This document shows, piece by piece, positions 10,388 through 20,228 of a DNA stretch of 64,000 nt (its first letter is position 1; the number at the start of each line of letters is the position of its first letter). This DNA is from an uncultured delta proteobacterium. GTDB taxonomy: Bacteria; Desulfobacterota; Desulfomonilia; UBA1062. Where the stretch lies: positions 1 to 64,000 of the forward strand of contig CAWCTR010000001.1 of the NCBI GenBank assembly GCA_963798485.1. The letters run 5' to 3'. A program made the position numbers and the translations under genes. The notes beneath the pieces are model-generated. The model was given only the letters and a program-made list of their open reading frames with translations. It had not been told where the DNA came from and made no database searches.

Positions 10388-12235
10388 ATGAATGTAGCGG
10401 ACATCATTGTACACAACGGGACAGACCCTGTTTTTAAGGATCGTGTCTTCATCCGGTTCAGGGAAGATACCGAGCGGCTCCAGGCCATAACCTATTCCGA
10501 TTTCTATAAGCGCTCCCTGGCATACGGCAACATGCTTTCCGGCATGAAGAAGTCCTTACGGATCAACGGCCATGAACGCTTCCATGTGGGCGTGTTCATG
10601 CAGAACATCCCTGAATTCTTTTTCCTCCTCGGGGGCTGTGCCTTTACCAACTCTACCTTAGTCGGGGTGAACAACGCACAGGTGGGGGAAAAGCTCTCAT
10701 TCGATATCAACAACATCGACATGCACGTGCTCTTTGTAGACCATGCCTCTCAGCCCGGCACAAAAGGCACCTTCCTGGACACGGTGCTCAAGGCTAAAGG
10801 AGATTTCGGTTTTACAAGCTTGACCGAGGACTTCATCTTTGTGACTGAAAACCCCCAAGGAAAAATATCCGGTTCGATCAAAACAATCTCACAAAAATTG
10901 CATGAATCCGCAAGCTCGCTCGCAGCCTTCGACCCTGTCAGTCTTGATCCTTCCCGGGCCGCAGTGATCATATTCACCTCCGGCACCACGGGCTCACCCA
11001 AAGGCATAGAGGTAACCTGGCAGAAACTCTACGATACGGGGGTAAACGGAACCAAGATCCTTTCCTACACGAAAGACGACGTTGGTTATGTGTGCATGCC
11101 CGTTAACCACTCCAATTCCCTTTACCTCAACATCATGCCCGCCCTGCTGAACGGTTCCACAATTCTGCTCCGCAGGCGCTTTTCCGTGCGCAATTTTGTC
11201 AAGGACATCGAAGATTCCGGCGCCACGGTGTGGAACTGCGTCGGCGACCCGGTGCAGTATGTCATCAATCACGTCCACAGCACCATCGGGACCCATGCAG
11301 ACTTTTCCAGACTTCCTTTGCGTACGGTCATCAGCACCGGCACCAATGCCCCCAATCGGGCCATCTTCACTAAGATGTTCGGCCTAACCATCTTCACCGA
11401 GGTCTACGGATCCACCGAGGCAGGTGCCATCACGGCCGTTGATGCAACCACGCCGGAATACAGCGTGGGCCGGCTCCTGAAGGATATCCGCATCATCAGC
11501 GAGCGGGCGGGCATGGAATGCGACCCGGCAAGGGTGGATGATACGGGCAAGATCCTGAACCTTGACACCTCTGCGGGTGAGATCGTAGTGAGCCAGCGTT
11601 CTTTGGGGGCATCCGCCTTCACCGGCTATTACCGCCTGAAAGAAGAGAGCGCCAAGAAGATAATTCCCCTTAACGGCGAAGATTTTTACCGCATGGGCGA
11701 CCTTGGTGCCATTGTGGAGCATGAAGGTGTCAGATATCTGGTATTTCTTGGCCGCACAGGGGACTGGATCCGCTTCAAGGGCGAAAACTGGACCCCTGTA
11801 GATGCTGAGAAGGTCATCGGCAAGTACGAAGGCATCACCAATGCAGGCATTATCGGCGTGCCTCAGTCCAAGGGCCGTGAGGACGACCCTATGTACATCA
11901 TCGAGGTTCAAGATCCTGCAAACTTTGAGATAAAGCCGTTTCTGTCCTTCTGCATGGAGCGCCTGCCCCACTACATGCAGCCTCGCTTTGTCCGCATTGT
12001 AAAGGGCGTTCCTTTGACCGAGACCATGAAACTCAAAAAATCCGTTCTCAAGGGCGAGTTCTACTACCGCACTAAAGGCACCGACGGTCTTGATGACGAC
12101 ATCATCTACCTCATCGAAAACAAACAGCCGCGCCGGTTCTTTTGTGCAGACTACCTCTGTGAGATGGCATTGTTCACGGATGCCACCAACCGGGATACGC
12201 TCCAGGCGTTCACCAAGCGCTCAGACCTGTTCTGA
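10388..12235 (+). CDS. AMP-binding acyl-CoA synthetase (CaiC/FadD-like)
   Basis: FTSGTTGSPKG, YGSTE, MGDLG, GRTGDWIRFKGEN, terminal K (TETMKLKK). Confidence 0.9.
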   Translation: MNVADIIVHNGTDPVFKDRVFIRFREDTERLQAITYSDFYKRSLAYGNMLSGMKKSLRINGHERFHVGVFMQNIPEFFFLLGGCAFTNSTLVGVNNAQVGEKLSFDINNIDMHVLFVDHASQPGTKGTFLDTVLKAKGDFGFTSLTEDFIFVTENPQGKISGSIKTISQKLHESASSLAAFDPVSLDPSRAAVIIFTSGTTGSPKGIEVTWQKLYDTGVNGTKILSYTKDDVGYVCMPVNHSNSLYLNIMPALLNGSTILLRRRFSVRNFVKDIEDSGATVWNCVGDPVQYVINHVHSTIGTHADFSRLPLRTVISTGTNAPNRAIFTKMFGLTIFTEVYGSTEAGAITAVDATTPEYSVGRLLKDIRIISERAGMECDPARVDDTGKILNLDTSAGEIVVSQRSLGASAFTGYYRLKEESAKKIIPLNGEDFYRMGDLGAIVEHEGVRYLVFLGRTGDWIRFKGENWTPVDAEKVIGKYEGITNAGIIGVPQSKGREDDPMYIIEVQDPANFEIKPFLSFCMERLPHYMQPRFVRIVKGVPLTETMKLKKSVLKGEFYYRTKGTDGLDDDIIYLIENKQPRRFFCADYLCEMALFTDATNRDTLQAFTKRSDLF

Positions 12236-12254
12236 GACACAAGGAGACACATTC

Positions 12255-13496
12255 ATGGCAACGAAAAGCCCAGTGAGCTTGCTACAGAAACAGCTGATGA
12301 CGCGGCATTACAACAATGCCCTTCATGCCAAAAAGGAAGGCAAAAAGGTGGTGTATGTGACCGCCATGTTCCCGGTGGAGATCGTCAGGGCCTTTGAGCC
12401 GCATGTGGCCATAGTATACCCGGAAAACCATGCAGTGAACATCATTGTGGCCGGACTGGCCGAGGAGCTGTCATCACTCGCTGTTGTGAAAGGGCACCTC
12501 GATACTTTTGGCTGCTCGTATGAGCTGGCCAATACAGGCTACCTTCTGGCTGTTAAGGACCCCGGGGCATCGGGGGTATCCGATGCAATCAAGGCACTCC
12601 CTCCCCTGCCGGCTCCGGATCTCCTGCTTGCCTGCAACAACCAGTGTGACGTGGTTGCCGAGTGGTACCAGAACCTGAGCGGCCTGTTCGGCAATGTCCC
12701 CTACCGGGTGATCAATGTGGGCAACCGCTATAACGGCGTCGTGGACACCTTGCGTGTCCGGTATGTGCGGGAGCAGCTGCTTGATATCATCGCCCTGCTG
12801 GAAGAACAGACAGGCACCACCCTTGACCGGGACCAGCTGATGGAGACAGCCCATCGGGCCAACCAGGCCGTCAGCCTGTGGAAAAAATATCTCGATTTCG
12901 GCAAGTTGACACCATCGCCCATGACGGCCTTTGACGGCTTCTTCCACATGGCCCTCATCGTATCTGAAAGGGGTACTGAAGAAGCCATTGATTACTATCA
13001 GAAGTTAGTGGAAGAGACCAAGGCCCGCGTGGATGCAGATGAGGCGGCCGTTAACCCCGAGCGTCACCGGGTGCTGTGGGACAACCTGGCCACGTGGTTC
13101 AACTTCGGCGAACTCAAACGTACCCTTGGCGGTAGGGGCGTGGCAGTGGTGGGCTCGACCTATCTTGATGTCTGGAAAAAGGCTTTGGACACATCGAGCT
13201 TTGATGCCCTGCTCACCAGTATGGCTGAAGCATATTGCGTCATGTATACCAACCTCACCCTTCATGATCGTATTACCTTATGGAAACAGATGGTCCATGA
13301 TTATCAGGTAGAAGGCGTGCTCTTCCACAACAACCGGAGCTGCCATACCTTCTCCCGACTGCAGGGCCGGATCGCCAAATCCTTGAAGGAGGAATTCGGC
13401 GAACGCTTCAAGGCCATCGTGTTCGACGGCGACATGGGGCTTGAGGAACGTTTCCAGAAACACCGATTTTTTACGGCTATTGAAACCTACTTTTAG
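12255..13496 (+). CDS. 2-hydroxyacyl-CoA dehydratase family subunit (HgdA/B, BcrB-like)
   Basis: FPVEIVRAF..YPEN, CSY, LACNNQCD, HNNRSCH, FDGDM; AAGGAG RBS. Confidence 0.8.
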   Translation: MATKSPVSLLQKQLMTRHYNNALHAKKEGKKVVYVTAMFPVEIVRAFEPHVAIVYPENHAVNIIVAGLAEELSSLAVVKGHLDTFGCSYELANTGYLLAVKDPGASGVSDAIKALPPLPAPDLLLACNNQCDVVAEWYQNLSGLFGNVPYRVINVGNRYNGVVDTLRVRYVREQLLDIIALLEEQTGTTLDRDQLMETAHRANQAVSLWKKYLDFGKLTPSPMTAFDGFFHMALIVSERGTEEAIDYYQKLVEETKARVDADEAAVNPERHRVLWDNLATWFNFGELKRTLGGRGVAVVGSTYLDVWKKALDTSSFDALLTSMAEAYCVMYTNLTLHDRITLWKQMVHDYQVEGVLFHNNRSCHTFSRLQGRIAKSLKEEFGERFKAIVFDGDMGLEERFQKHRFFTAIETYF

Positions 13497-13600
13497 TATG
13501 ATAGAATATAATAAATCAGCATCATGTATGGGCCAAACAGAGCTATGATCAGAGTACGTGTTATTTTATTGATATTACCTGATTGAGAGAGGACCCAGCT

Positions 13601-13781
13601 ATGAGAAACAGGTTTACGAATACACTTGTAATCTTATTCCTGGTCTCCGGATGGAAAACAGATCTGCTATGAAGCATACACCCACGATTCGGCCTCTGAC
13701 GCCTCGGAGCTGTTTGTAATCAACAGCAACGGTACCGGCGAGGCACGTATCATGAATCCGATGAAAAGGAATTCACTTTGA
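13601..13781 (+). pseudogene. internally deleted TolB/PD40 beta-propeller relic
   Basis: RBS and signal-like MRNRFTNTLVILFL fused out of frame to SWSPDGKQI..ELFVINSNGTGEARI..stop. Confidence 0.6.
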
Positions 13782-13859
13782 AATACCGGCCATTATTTTC
13801 AAGACAAATGTTCCTGATGAGTGATAGACTACCAATAACGCATACAAGCTGGGGGTTCT

Positions 13860-14177
13860 ATGATCGTTGTCGTTGCAAGAATGAAGGCCAAACAAGGAAA
13901 AGAACAGGAGATGGAAGAGGCACTGAGGTGGATTATCCCTCAGGTGGAATCCGAGGAAGGCACCCTGCAATATATCCTTCACCGGGCAAAAAAAGACCCG
14001 TCAACGTTTCTCTTCTATGAGAAATACCGCGACAAGGCGGCCCTCAACACCCATAGCTCCACCCACTACCTTGCAGAGCTCTTCGGGAAGATCGGGCCCT
14101 TGCTTGATGGTGATCCGACCATAGAGATCTATGAGGATATCGCTTCGATCCAAGAAAAGCTCTACCAGACACCGTAA
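13860..14177 (+). CDS. antibiotic biosynthesis monooxygenase (ABM) family protein
   Basis: MIVVVARMKAKQGKE, EEGTLQY, FLFYEKY..ALNTH. Confidence 0.85.
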   Translation: MIVVVARMKAKQGKEQEMEEALRWIIPQVESEEGTLQYILHRAKKDPSTFLFYEKYRDKAALNTHSSTHYLAELFGKIGPLLDGDPTIEIYEDIASIQEKLYQTP

Positions 14178-14314
14178 AGCCTTTATACAAGGCCTTTCAA
14201 ACGAATTCCCTTAAATCCCTGATCCCGGGGAGGTTGAGAAACACCTAAGATACTTTCTTCTTCCCTGCGCACCCGCTTAATTTTTTTCTGTAAAAGGTCG
14301 ATGGAAGAATAAGT

Positions 14315-15172
14315 ATGAACGTATTAATCGGCATAGTGATGGTACTCGGGTGCGTGGTCGGTGGTTACCTTATGGAGCATGGTAACCTGAGCGTTATCCT
14401 CCAGCCCATTGAGATTATGATCATATTCGGTGCAGCCATCGGGGCGCTCACCATCATGTCGCCCTTCAAGCTGCTCAAGGAGATACTCGGGTCGTTCAAA
14501 AGCCTCATGGCTCCAACCCATTATGATTCGAAAAAATTCATTGAGGTGCTCTCGCTCCTCTTTGAGATCTTCAACAAGATGCGCAAAGAAGGCATTATCG
14601 CCATCGAGGCCCATGTGGAAGAACCGAAAAAAAGCGAGATTTTCAAGCGCTACCCTTCAATCCTGAAGAATGATCGTACTGTTGACTTCATCTGTGACAG
14701 TCTCAAGATACTGCTCTCCATCGACATACCGCCGCATGAGTTCGATAACCTCCTGGAGGTGGATATCGAGGCCAACACCGAGGAGCTAAGTCATCCCTAT
14801 CACCGTATCGCAAAGATCGCTGACTCTTTACCCGGCCTCGGTATCGTAGCCGCCGTGCTTGGCGTGATACTCACCATGGGGAAAATCAATGAACCCCCGG
14901 CTATACTTGGTGAAAGCATAGGCGCAGCTCTCGTGGGAACCTTTCTCGGTGTGCTCATGAGCTATGGCATTGTAGGTCCGATATCGACATTGATGGAACA
15001 CCATGTCAAGGAAGAGGCAGCGTATTACCACGTTATCCGTATTGCCATCGTCTCTTATGTGGCGCGCTCCATCCCCCAGATAGCCATTGAATTCGCGCGC
15101 AGGGCCATACCTGACAGTGTGCGGCCCGGCTTCAGCGAGTTGGAGAAGATTATGAAGGGCAAAGGCAAGTAA
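14315..15172 (+). CDS. motA: flagellar motor stator protein A
   Basis: GGYLMEHGN, RKEGIIAIEAH, LPGLGIVAAVLG, AALVGTFLG, EFARRAIP. Confidence 0.92.
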   Translation: MNVLIGIVMVLGCVVGGYLMEHGNLSVILQPIEIMIIFGAAIGALTIMSPFKLLKEILGSFKSLMAPTHYDSKKFIEVLSLLFEIFNKMRKEGIIAIEAHVEEPKKSEIFKRYPSILKNDRTVDFICDSLKILLSIDIPPHEFDNLLEVDIEANTEELSHPYHRIAKIADSLPGLGIVAAVLGVILTMGKINEPPAILGESIGAALVGTFLGVLMSYGIVGPISTLMEHHVKEEAAYYHVIRIAIVSYVARSIPQIAIEFARRAIPDSVRPGFSELEKIMKGKGK

Positions 15173-16005
15173 TGGCTGAAGGAAGAGACCAGGCTGTCAT
15201 CATTAAAAAGTACAAGAAAAAGGGTGATGATGGCCACGGTGGCTCGTGGAAAGTCGCATATGCCGACTTCGTCACTGCCATGATGGCCTTTTTCCTGTTG
15301 CTATGGCTTCTCTCCATGACTTCTGCGCAGAAAAAGATCCAGCTCTCCGAATACTTCCAGAACTACTCCATCTTTGAAAAAGGCGGCGGCAGCGCCGTGG
15401 CCACGCATCAGGACATGCCCGGCAAAGGCATGTTTGAAATGGGGAAAAGCACCAAGCAGGCGCCTCCAACCACCATCAGGGCAAGCGAGCTTGCCGATAA
15501 GGTCAAGAAGCAGGTTCAAGAAAAGCTGACAGAATATCAAGACCGGGTGCTTGCCTTCGACGATAATGGCAATCTCCGCATCGAGATCATTGACACCGGA
15601 GGTACATCATTCTTCAATGTCGGTGGGACCGAACTCTCCGAGAGCGGCAAGGCCCTCATCAAAGGGCTGGCGCCGGTGCTGAAAACCTTTGATAGGAAGA
15701 TCATCATCGAAGGGCATACCGACTCACTCGGATATAAGGGTAAGGCCTTTACCAACTGGGAGCTCTCTACACTGCGGGCCTCATCCGCCCGTGTTGAGCT
15801 TGAAAAGAATGGGATACCGCAAGATCAGATAGAGATGGTGGCCGGCTATGCAGACAGCAAACCATTCATCAAGAGTAACCCGGCAGACCCGAAGAACCGG
15901 CGCATCAGCATTGTAGTGGATTATAAGACATCAACAAAACAGCAGCCCCCAGCCGAGAGCATGCATAAGCCAAAGCTCCCCGATTCACCGCCCGGACTGC
16001 AGTAA
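15172..16005 (+). CDS. motB: flagellar motor stator protein B
   Basis: HGGSWKVAYADFVTAMMAFFLLLWL, OmpA domain EGHTD/NWELS..RA/NRRI. Confidence 0.92.
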   Translation: MAEGRDQAVIIKKYKKKGDDGHGGSWKVAYADFVTAMMAFFLLLWLLSMTSAQKKIQLSEYFQNYSIFEKGGGSAVATHQDMPGKGMFEMGKSTKQAPPTTIRASELADKVKKQVQEKLTEYQDRVLAFDDNGNLRIEIIDTGGTSFFNVGGTELSESGKALIKGLAPVLKTFDRKIIIEGHTDSLGYKGKAFTNWELSTLRASSARVELEKNGIPQDQIEMVAGYADSKPFIKSNPADPKNRRISIVVDYKTSTKQQPPAESMHKPKLPDSPPGLQ

Positions 16006-16190
16006 ATATCTTCCGGAGAAAGGTACGGATTCAGATCCCCGAGGTTCATCCAGTTAGGTCCAGGACTCGCTGCTAGGTAAATGGCGGCCGGTGTTTGCAA
16101 AGCAGATCGATGATATGCTTCGCGCTTGCCTCTTTACAAAGCTCTCAACTTTAAGTGATCATGTCCCCATGTCATGAAAGGGGATGAGTC

Positions 16191-16712
16191 ATGGAAGGAT
16201 GGACCGAGGAAGAGATCAGGGACAAGAACCTCATGGCCCCGTGCGGGCTCTATTGCGGTGCCTGCGGGGTATATATCGCCACACGCGATAAAAACGAAAA
16301 GTTCAAGACCGTCATGGCCAACCTCTATGGGACCAAGCCCGAAGAGACACAGTGCCTGGGATGCATGCAGCCTGATCCGCCCAAGAAGCTCTATGGCTAT
16401 TGCACCATGTGCACTATCCGGGATTGTGTTAAATTGAAAGGTTTCTACTCATGCCACCAGTGCGCGGACTGGCCGTGTTCCAAGATATCCGGCTTCGGAC
16501 TTGAAACGGGGAAGCGGGTGATGATGAAAACCATCCCCGTCTGGCGCGAAAAGGTTGCCCGGCTCGGCGACGAGGAAGGCAGTGTGGAATGGGCCCGTTC
16601 GGTTTGCGAGCGCTACCACTGCCCGGCATGCGGCAAGCCCCTCTTCCGGGGGGCGCAGCGCTGCCGTGAATGCAAATCCCCGGTGGCCGACGACCTTGAC
16701 GGATCATTATAG
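16191..16712 (+). CDS. DUF3795-type Cys-rich protein
   Basis: APCGLYCGAC, CLGC, CTIRDC, CHQCADWPC, C-terminal Zn ribbon. Confidence 0.75.
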   Translation: MEGWTEEEIRDKNLMAPCGLYCGACGVYIATRDKNEKFKTVMANLYGTKPEETQCLGCMQPDPPKKLYGYCTMCTIRDCVKLKGFYSCHQCADWPCSKISGFGLETGKRVMMKTIPVWREKVARLGDEEGSVEWARSVCERYHCPACGKPLFRGAQRCRECKSPVADDLDGSL

Positions 16713-16736
16713 AAATATGAAAGGAGAAACTCGACA

Positions 16737-17126
16737 GTGGACATCCCTACGATCCTCATCCTGCTCACCATAGGGTCGGCTGCCGGTATCCTGGCCGGGC
16801 TCTTCGGTGTCGGGGGCGGTGTCATCATAGTGCCTGCGCTGATCCTTGTCCTGGGCTTTTCTGAGCATAAGGCCACAGGGACAAGCCTTGCCGTACTCCT
16901 CCCGCCCATCGGTATTGCCGCATTCGTGGAGTATTACCGCCACCAGAATGTGGACATACCGGCCGCCCTCATCATAGCCGCTGCCGCCATTATCGGTGCC
17001 TGGATAGGGGCGCTCATGGCGAACCGTCTCTCTGCGCCCATGCTGAGGCTTGCCTTTGGGGTCTTTGTAATGGCCATAGGGATATACCTGGTGTACGGGG
17101 CCATAAAGAGGCTGGGGTGGATATAA
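16737..17126 (+). CDS. TauE/SafE sulfite exporter family protein (single repeat)
   Basis: AGLFGVGGGVIIVPAL, ATGTSL; hydrophobic, 129 aa. Confidence 0.85.
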   Translation: MDIPTILILLTIGSAAGILAGLFGVGGGVIIVPALILVLGFSEHKATGTSLAVLLPPIGIAAFVEYYRHQNVDIPAALIIAAAAIIGAWIGALMANRLSAPMLRLAFGVFVMAIGIYLVYGAIKRLGWI

Positions 17127-17135
17127 GGAGCTACC

Positions 17136-17779
17136 ATGGGTAAGGTTTCCCACGAGATACTTTTAGACAGCCTGTTTGATGGCGTTTACTTCGTTGATCC
17201 GGACAAGAAGATCACCTTCTGGAACAAGGCGGCCGAGAGGATAACAGGCTACAGCAAGGAAGAGGTCATCGGGTCGCGCTGCTCTGACAATCTTTTGCGC
17301 CATGTGGACGAGAACGGCCAGGAGCTTTGCCTAACAGGTTGCCCCCTTGCTGCAACAATTCAGGACAGCGGTATTCGGGAGGCCAATGTCTATCTGCACC
17401 ACAAGCAGGGGCATCGTGTCCCGGTTTCCGTCAGAACGTCCCCGGTCAGAGATGAAGATGGCACGGTCATAGGCGGTGTAGAGATATTTTCCGACAATTC
17501 GAACCTCCTCCAGATCCTGCGCGAGATGGAGCGTCTCAAGAAAGATGCCTATGTTGACGAACTCACAAGCGTAGGAAACCGCAGGTTCTGCGAGATGACG
17601 CTTCAGACAAGGATCTTTGAGCTGAAGAGCTTTGATGTTCCATTAGGCCTCATCTTCCTGGACCTGGACAACTTCAAGCAATATAATGATATTCATGGCC
17701 ATCATCCATTATCCAGCGTGCCGACAGGCTGATGTATGAGAGCAAGGCATCAGGTAAAAACCGTGTGACCATGGGATAG
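17136..17779 (+). pseudogene. PAS-GGDEF diguanylate cyclase with internal deletion
   Basis: PAS, then DELTSVGNRR..DLDNFKQYNDIHGH joined out of frame to SIIQRADRLMYESKASGKNRV; the GGDEF motif itself is absent. Confidence 0.8.
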
Positions 17780-17783
17780 AACC

Positions 17784-18908
17784 ATGATGAACCGAGTCAA
17801 CAGCACCCGGGCGCATCCGGATCAGCTCGCACTTGCAAGGCAATTCACCTCTGTAAGGCTTATAGGCCCGCCCATGAGCGAGAAGCTCCTGGAGCTTGTC
17901 TGCCATATCTTCAGCCCGGAAGAGGCCGGTATTGCCATACACCTGCCCTTCTATCTGCCCAAGACCCTCGAAGGAATCGCCCGCAGGGCCGGGAGAAGGC
18001 CGGGGGAGATCCGCTCTACATTGGAAGCCATGGCTGAGCGCCGGGTGATCTTCAGCTCGGAGAGAGGCTATGCGCTGCTGCCTCTCATACCGGGGATGTT
18101 CGAGTATCTGCTCATGGACGGCAGGGACTCGCCATGGCACAGGAGGTATGCCCGTCTGATCAATAGTCTCTATGCAACGGGCTACACGAAAGAATACTCT
18201 ACCACGAGCTCCCCCCTCATCCGCAACATACCGGTAGAGACCGTGATAGAGAGCTCAAGCCGGGTTGTGGATACAGACCTCATGAGCGAGATGATCCGGG
18301 CGCACGACAAGCTGGCCGTATTGAACGTTTGCCAGTGCCGGCAATCCCACGCATTTTCAGACCACGAATGCACACGGTCCGATATAACTGACGGCTGCCT
18401 CATATTCGGGAGCTTTGCAGAAAGCATGGTTGAACGAGGCAACGGCCACTTCGTGAGCAAGGAAGAGATGCATGAAATCGTGCTCGAACGCTGGGAAAAG
18501 AACCTCGTCTTCATGTCGGCAAACCTTGTGCCATCAAGTTCGAATGCCATATGCACCTGCTGTGACTGCTGCTGCCACTATATGGAGTCCATCAACCATT
18601 TTGGGGGCCGTGTCTCTCTGGCCCAGCCACACTTCCTTGCCGCGGTGGACGAGGCGGTGTGCAATGCCTGCGGCAAGTGCGCAAAGGTCTGCAACACCCA
18701 CGCCCATAGTGTTAAAGACAAACAGCATGCCTTTGATGCACATAAATGCATCGGGTGCGGACTGTGCATTAAGGCATGCGGGAAAAAAGCCATCTCCATG
18801 GTTGAAAACCCCGATTATTCAGCACCTTCCCAGGGCTGGCTGCGACTGGGCCTCAGAATATTGCCCAAAAGTCTCATGGCCCAGTTCAGGGTAGCCATAT
18901 CCAGGTGA
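17784..18908 (+). CDS. 4Fe-4S dicluster protein with N-terminal HTH-like region
   Basis: CQCR, ICTCCDCCC, CNACGKCAKVC, CIGCGLCIKAC. Confidence 0.8.
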   Translation: MMNRVNSTRAHPDQLALARQFTSVRLIGPPMSEKLLELVCHIFSPEEAGIAIHLPFYLPKTLEGIARRAGRRPGEIRSTLEAMAERRVIFSSERGYALLPLIPGMFEYLLMDGRDSPWHRRYARLINSLYATGYTKEYSTTSSPLIRNIPVETVIESSSRVVDTDLMSEMIRAHDKLAVLNVCQCRQSHAFSDHECTRSDITDGCLIFGSFAESMVERGNGHFVSKEEMHEIVLERWEKNLVFMSANLVPSSSNAICTCCDCCCHYMESINHFGGRVSLAQPHFLAAVDEAVCNACGKCAKVCNTHAHSVKDKQHAFDAHKCIGCGLCIKACGKKAISMVENPDYSAPSQGWLRLGLRILPKSLMAQFRVAISR

Positions 18909-19041
18909 GTGCACAAAAGCACAAAAGGACGCTTCGATAACCTCTCCCTGGTTAAAACCTTTATAACTCTTTACCTTATCTTGTAGACAAATATGGTACT
19001 TCTGGAGTCTTAAGAAGAAATGTGATAGGAATACATGAGGA

Positions 19042-20196
19042 GTGTACATGGGAGACATGAGAGATCAATCCAGCATTGGGCGGCATAGACTTTACACAAC
19101 TGCGGTCATCTTGTTATCTGGTCTGGCTTTACTCTTTTCAGGATGCGGTGGTGGAAGCGGAGGTTCTTCAGCTTCTTCCTTCGGCATATCCGGTATAATG
19201 GACGGTGATATCCGGCAGGGTGTTACCATAACATTATCCGGTGCCGGCTCAAGTTCCACAACAACAGATACCGGCGGAAACTATTCCTTCGAAGGGCTTG
19301 GGGATGGGTTATACACCGTCACTCCGACACTTACCGGCCATACATTCACTCCGACAAGCCAGGCCGTTATGGTTGAAGGTGCAAATGCTTCAGCCGTCAA
19401 CTTCACATCAACGATAAACACAGGTTCCCTGACCAGCATTTCCGGAACAGCCATGTTGACGAACGGCAATGTTCTTTCCAGTGTGACCATGACCCTGAGC
19501 GGCTCAAACTCCGGAACTGTCTCGACCGATGTGAACGGCAATTACACATTCAGCGGGCTTGCAACAGGAAGCTACATCGTAACTCCGGTCCGGTCGGGCT
19601 ATACCTTTAGTCCCTCCAGCAGTGCACAGACCCTCGATGGAGAAAATATTCCCGGAGTTAATTTTACAGCCAAGGCAGACCCAACCCCTACCTATACTAT
19701 AGCCGGCACTATAACATTGTCAGGCACAGGGTTAGCCGGTGTCGCTATGACACTGAGCGGGACTAATGGTATTGCAAAGACAACTACGGACGCAGGAGGT
19801 AGATACGCATTTATCGGTCTTACCGGCAGCTTCATTATAGAACCGAGCGAATCGGGCTACATATTCATTCCGGAGAGCAGCTCAGGAACCATAACCGGTG
19901 CAGATATCAATGGGGTCAACTTCGAGGCCACGCCACAAACATTCAGCATCTCAGGCAATGTCAGCGGCATTGTGAGTGCGGGGGTTAACATGACATTGAG
20001 CGAGTCTGCCTCGGGGAACACAATTACAACTACAAGTACTGATGCAAACGGTAACTACAGTTTCCAGAACCTTTCAAACGGATCATACACGATAACCCCG
20101 TCTCTTTCCGGTTATACATTCAATCCGACCATGCTTGTAGTTGGTATCAGTTATGGAAATGCCGATGCCATCAATTTCACATCCATAAAACAATAA
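19042..20196 (+). CDS. surface lipoprotein with four Ig-like (Cna-B/carboxypeptidase-regulatory-like) repeats
   Basis: Lipobox LFSGC; four repeats of ISG..GVT(I/M)TLSG..TD..GNY.F.GL..G.Y.VTP..GYTF.P..NF. Confidence 0.8.
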   Translation: MYMGDMRDQSSIGRHRLYTTAVILLSGLALLFSGCGGGSGGSSASSFGISGIMDGDIRQGVTITLSGAGSSSTTTDTGGNYSFEGLGDGLYTVTPTLTGHTFTPTSQAVMVEGANASAVNFTSTINTGSLTSISGTAMLTNGNVLSSVTMTLSGSNSGTVSTDVNGNYTFSGLATGSYIVTPVRSGYTFSPSSSAQTLDGENIPGVNFTAKADPTPTYTIAGTITLSGTGLAGVAMTLSGTNGIAKTTTDAGGRYAFIGLTGSFIIEPSESGYIFIPESSSGTITGADINGVNFEATPQTFSISGNVSGIVSAGVNMTLSESASGNTITTTSTDANGNYSFQNLSNGSYTITPSLSGYTFNPTMLVVGISYGNADAINFTSIKQ

Positions 20197-20228
20197 TGGT
20201 GGCGCCTAAAGTCCTACCATTGCCAGGG

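Noticed and set aside
14315-16005. Zorya zorAB
   Set aside because: MotA has canonical length without the long ZorA tail, and there is no zorC/D/E
16010-16120. tRNA or riboswitch after motB
   Set aside because: No cloverleaf, T-loop or recognisable aptamer consensus
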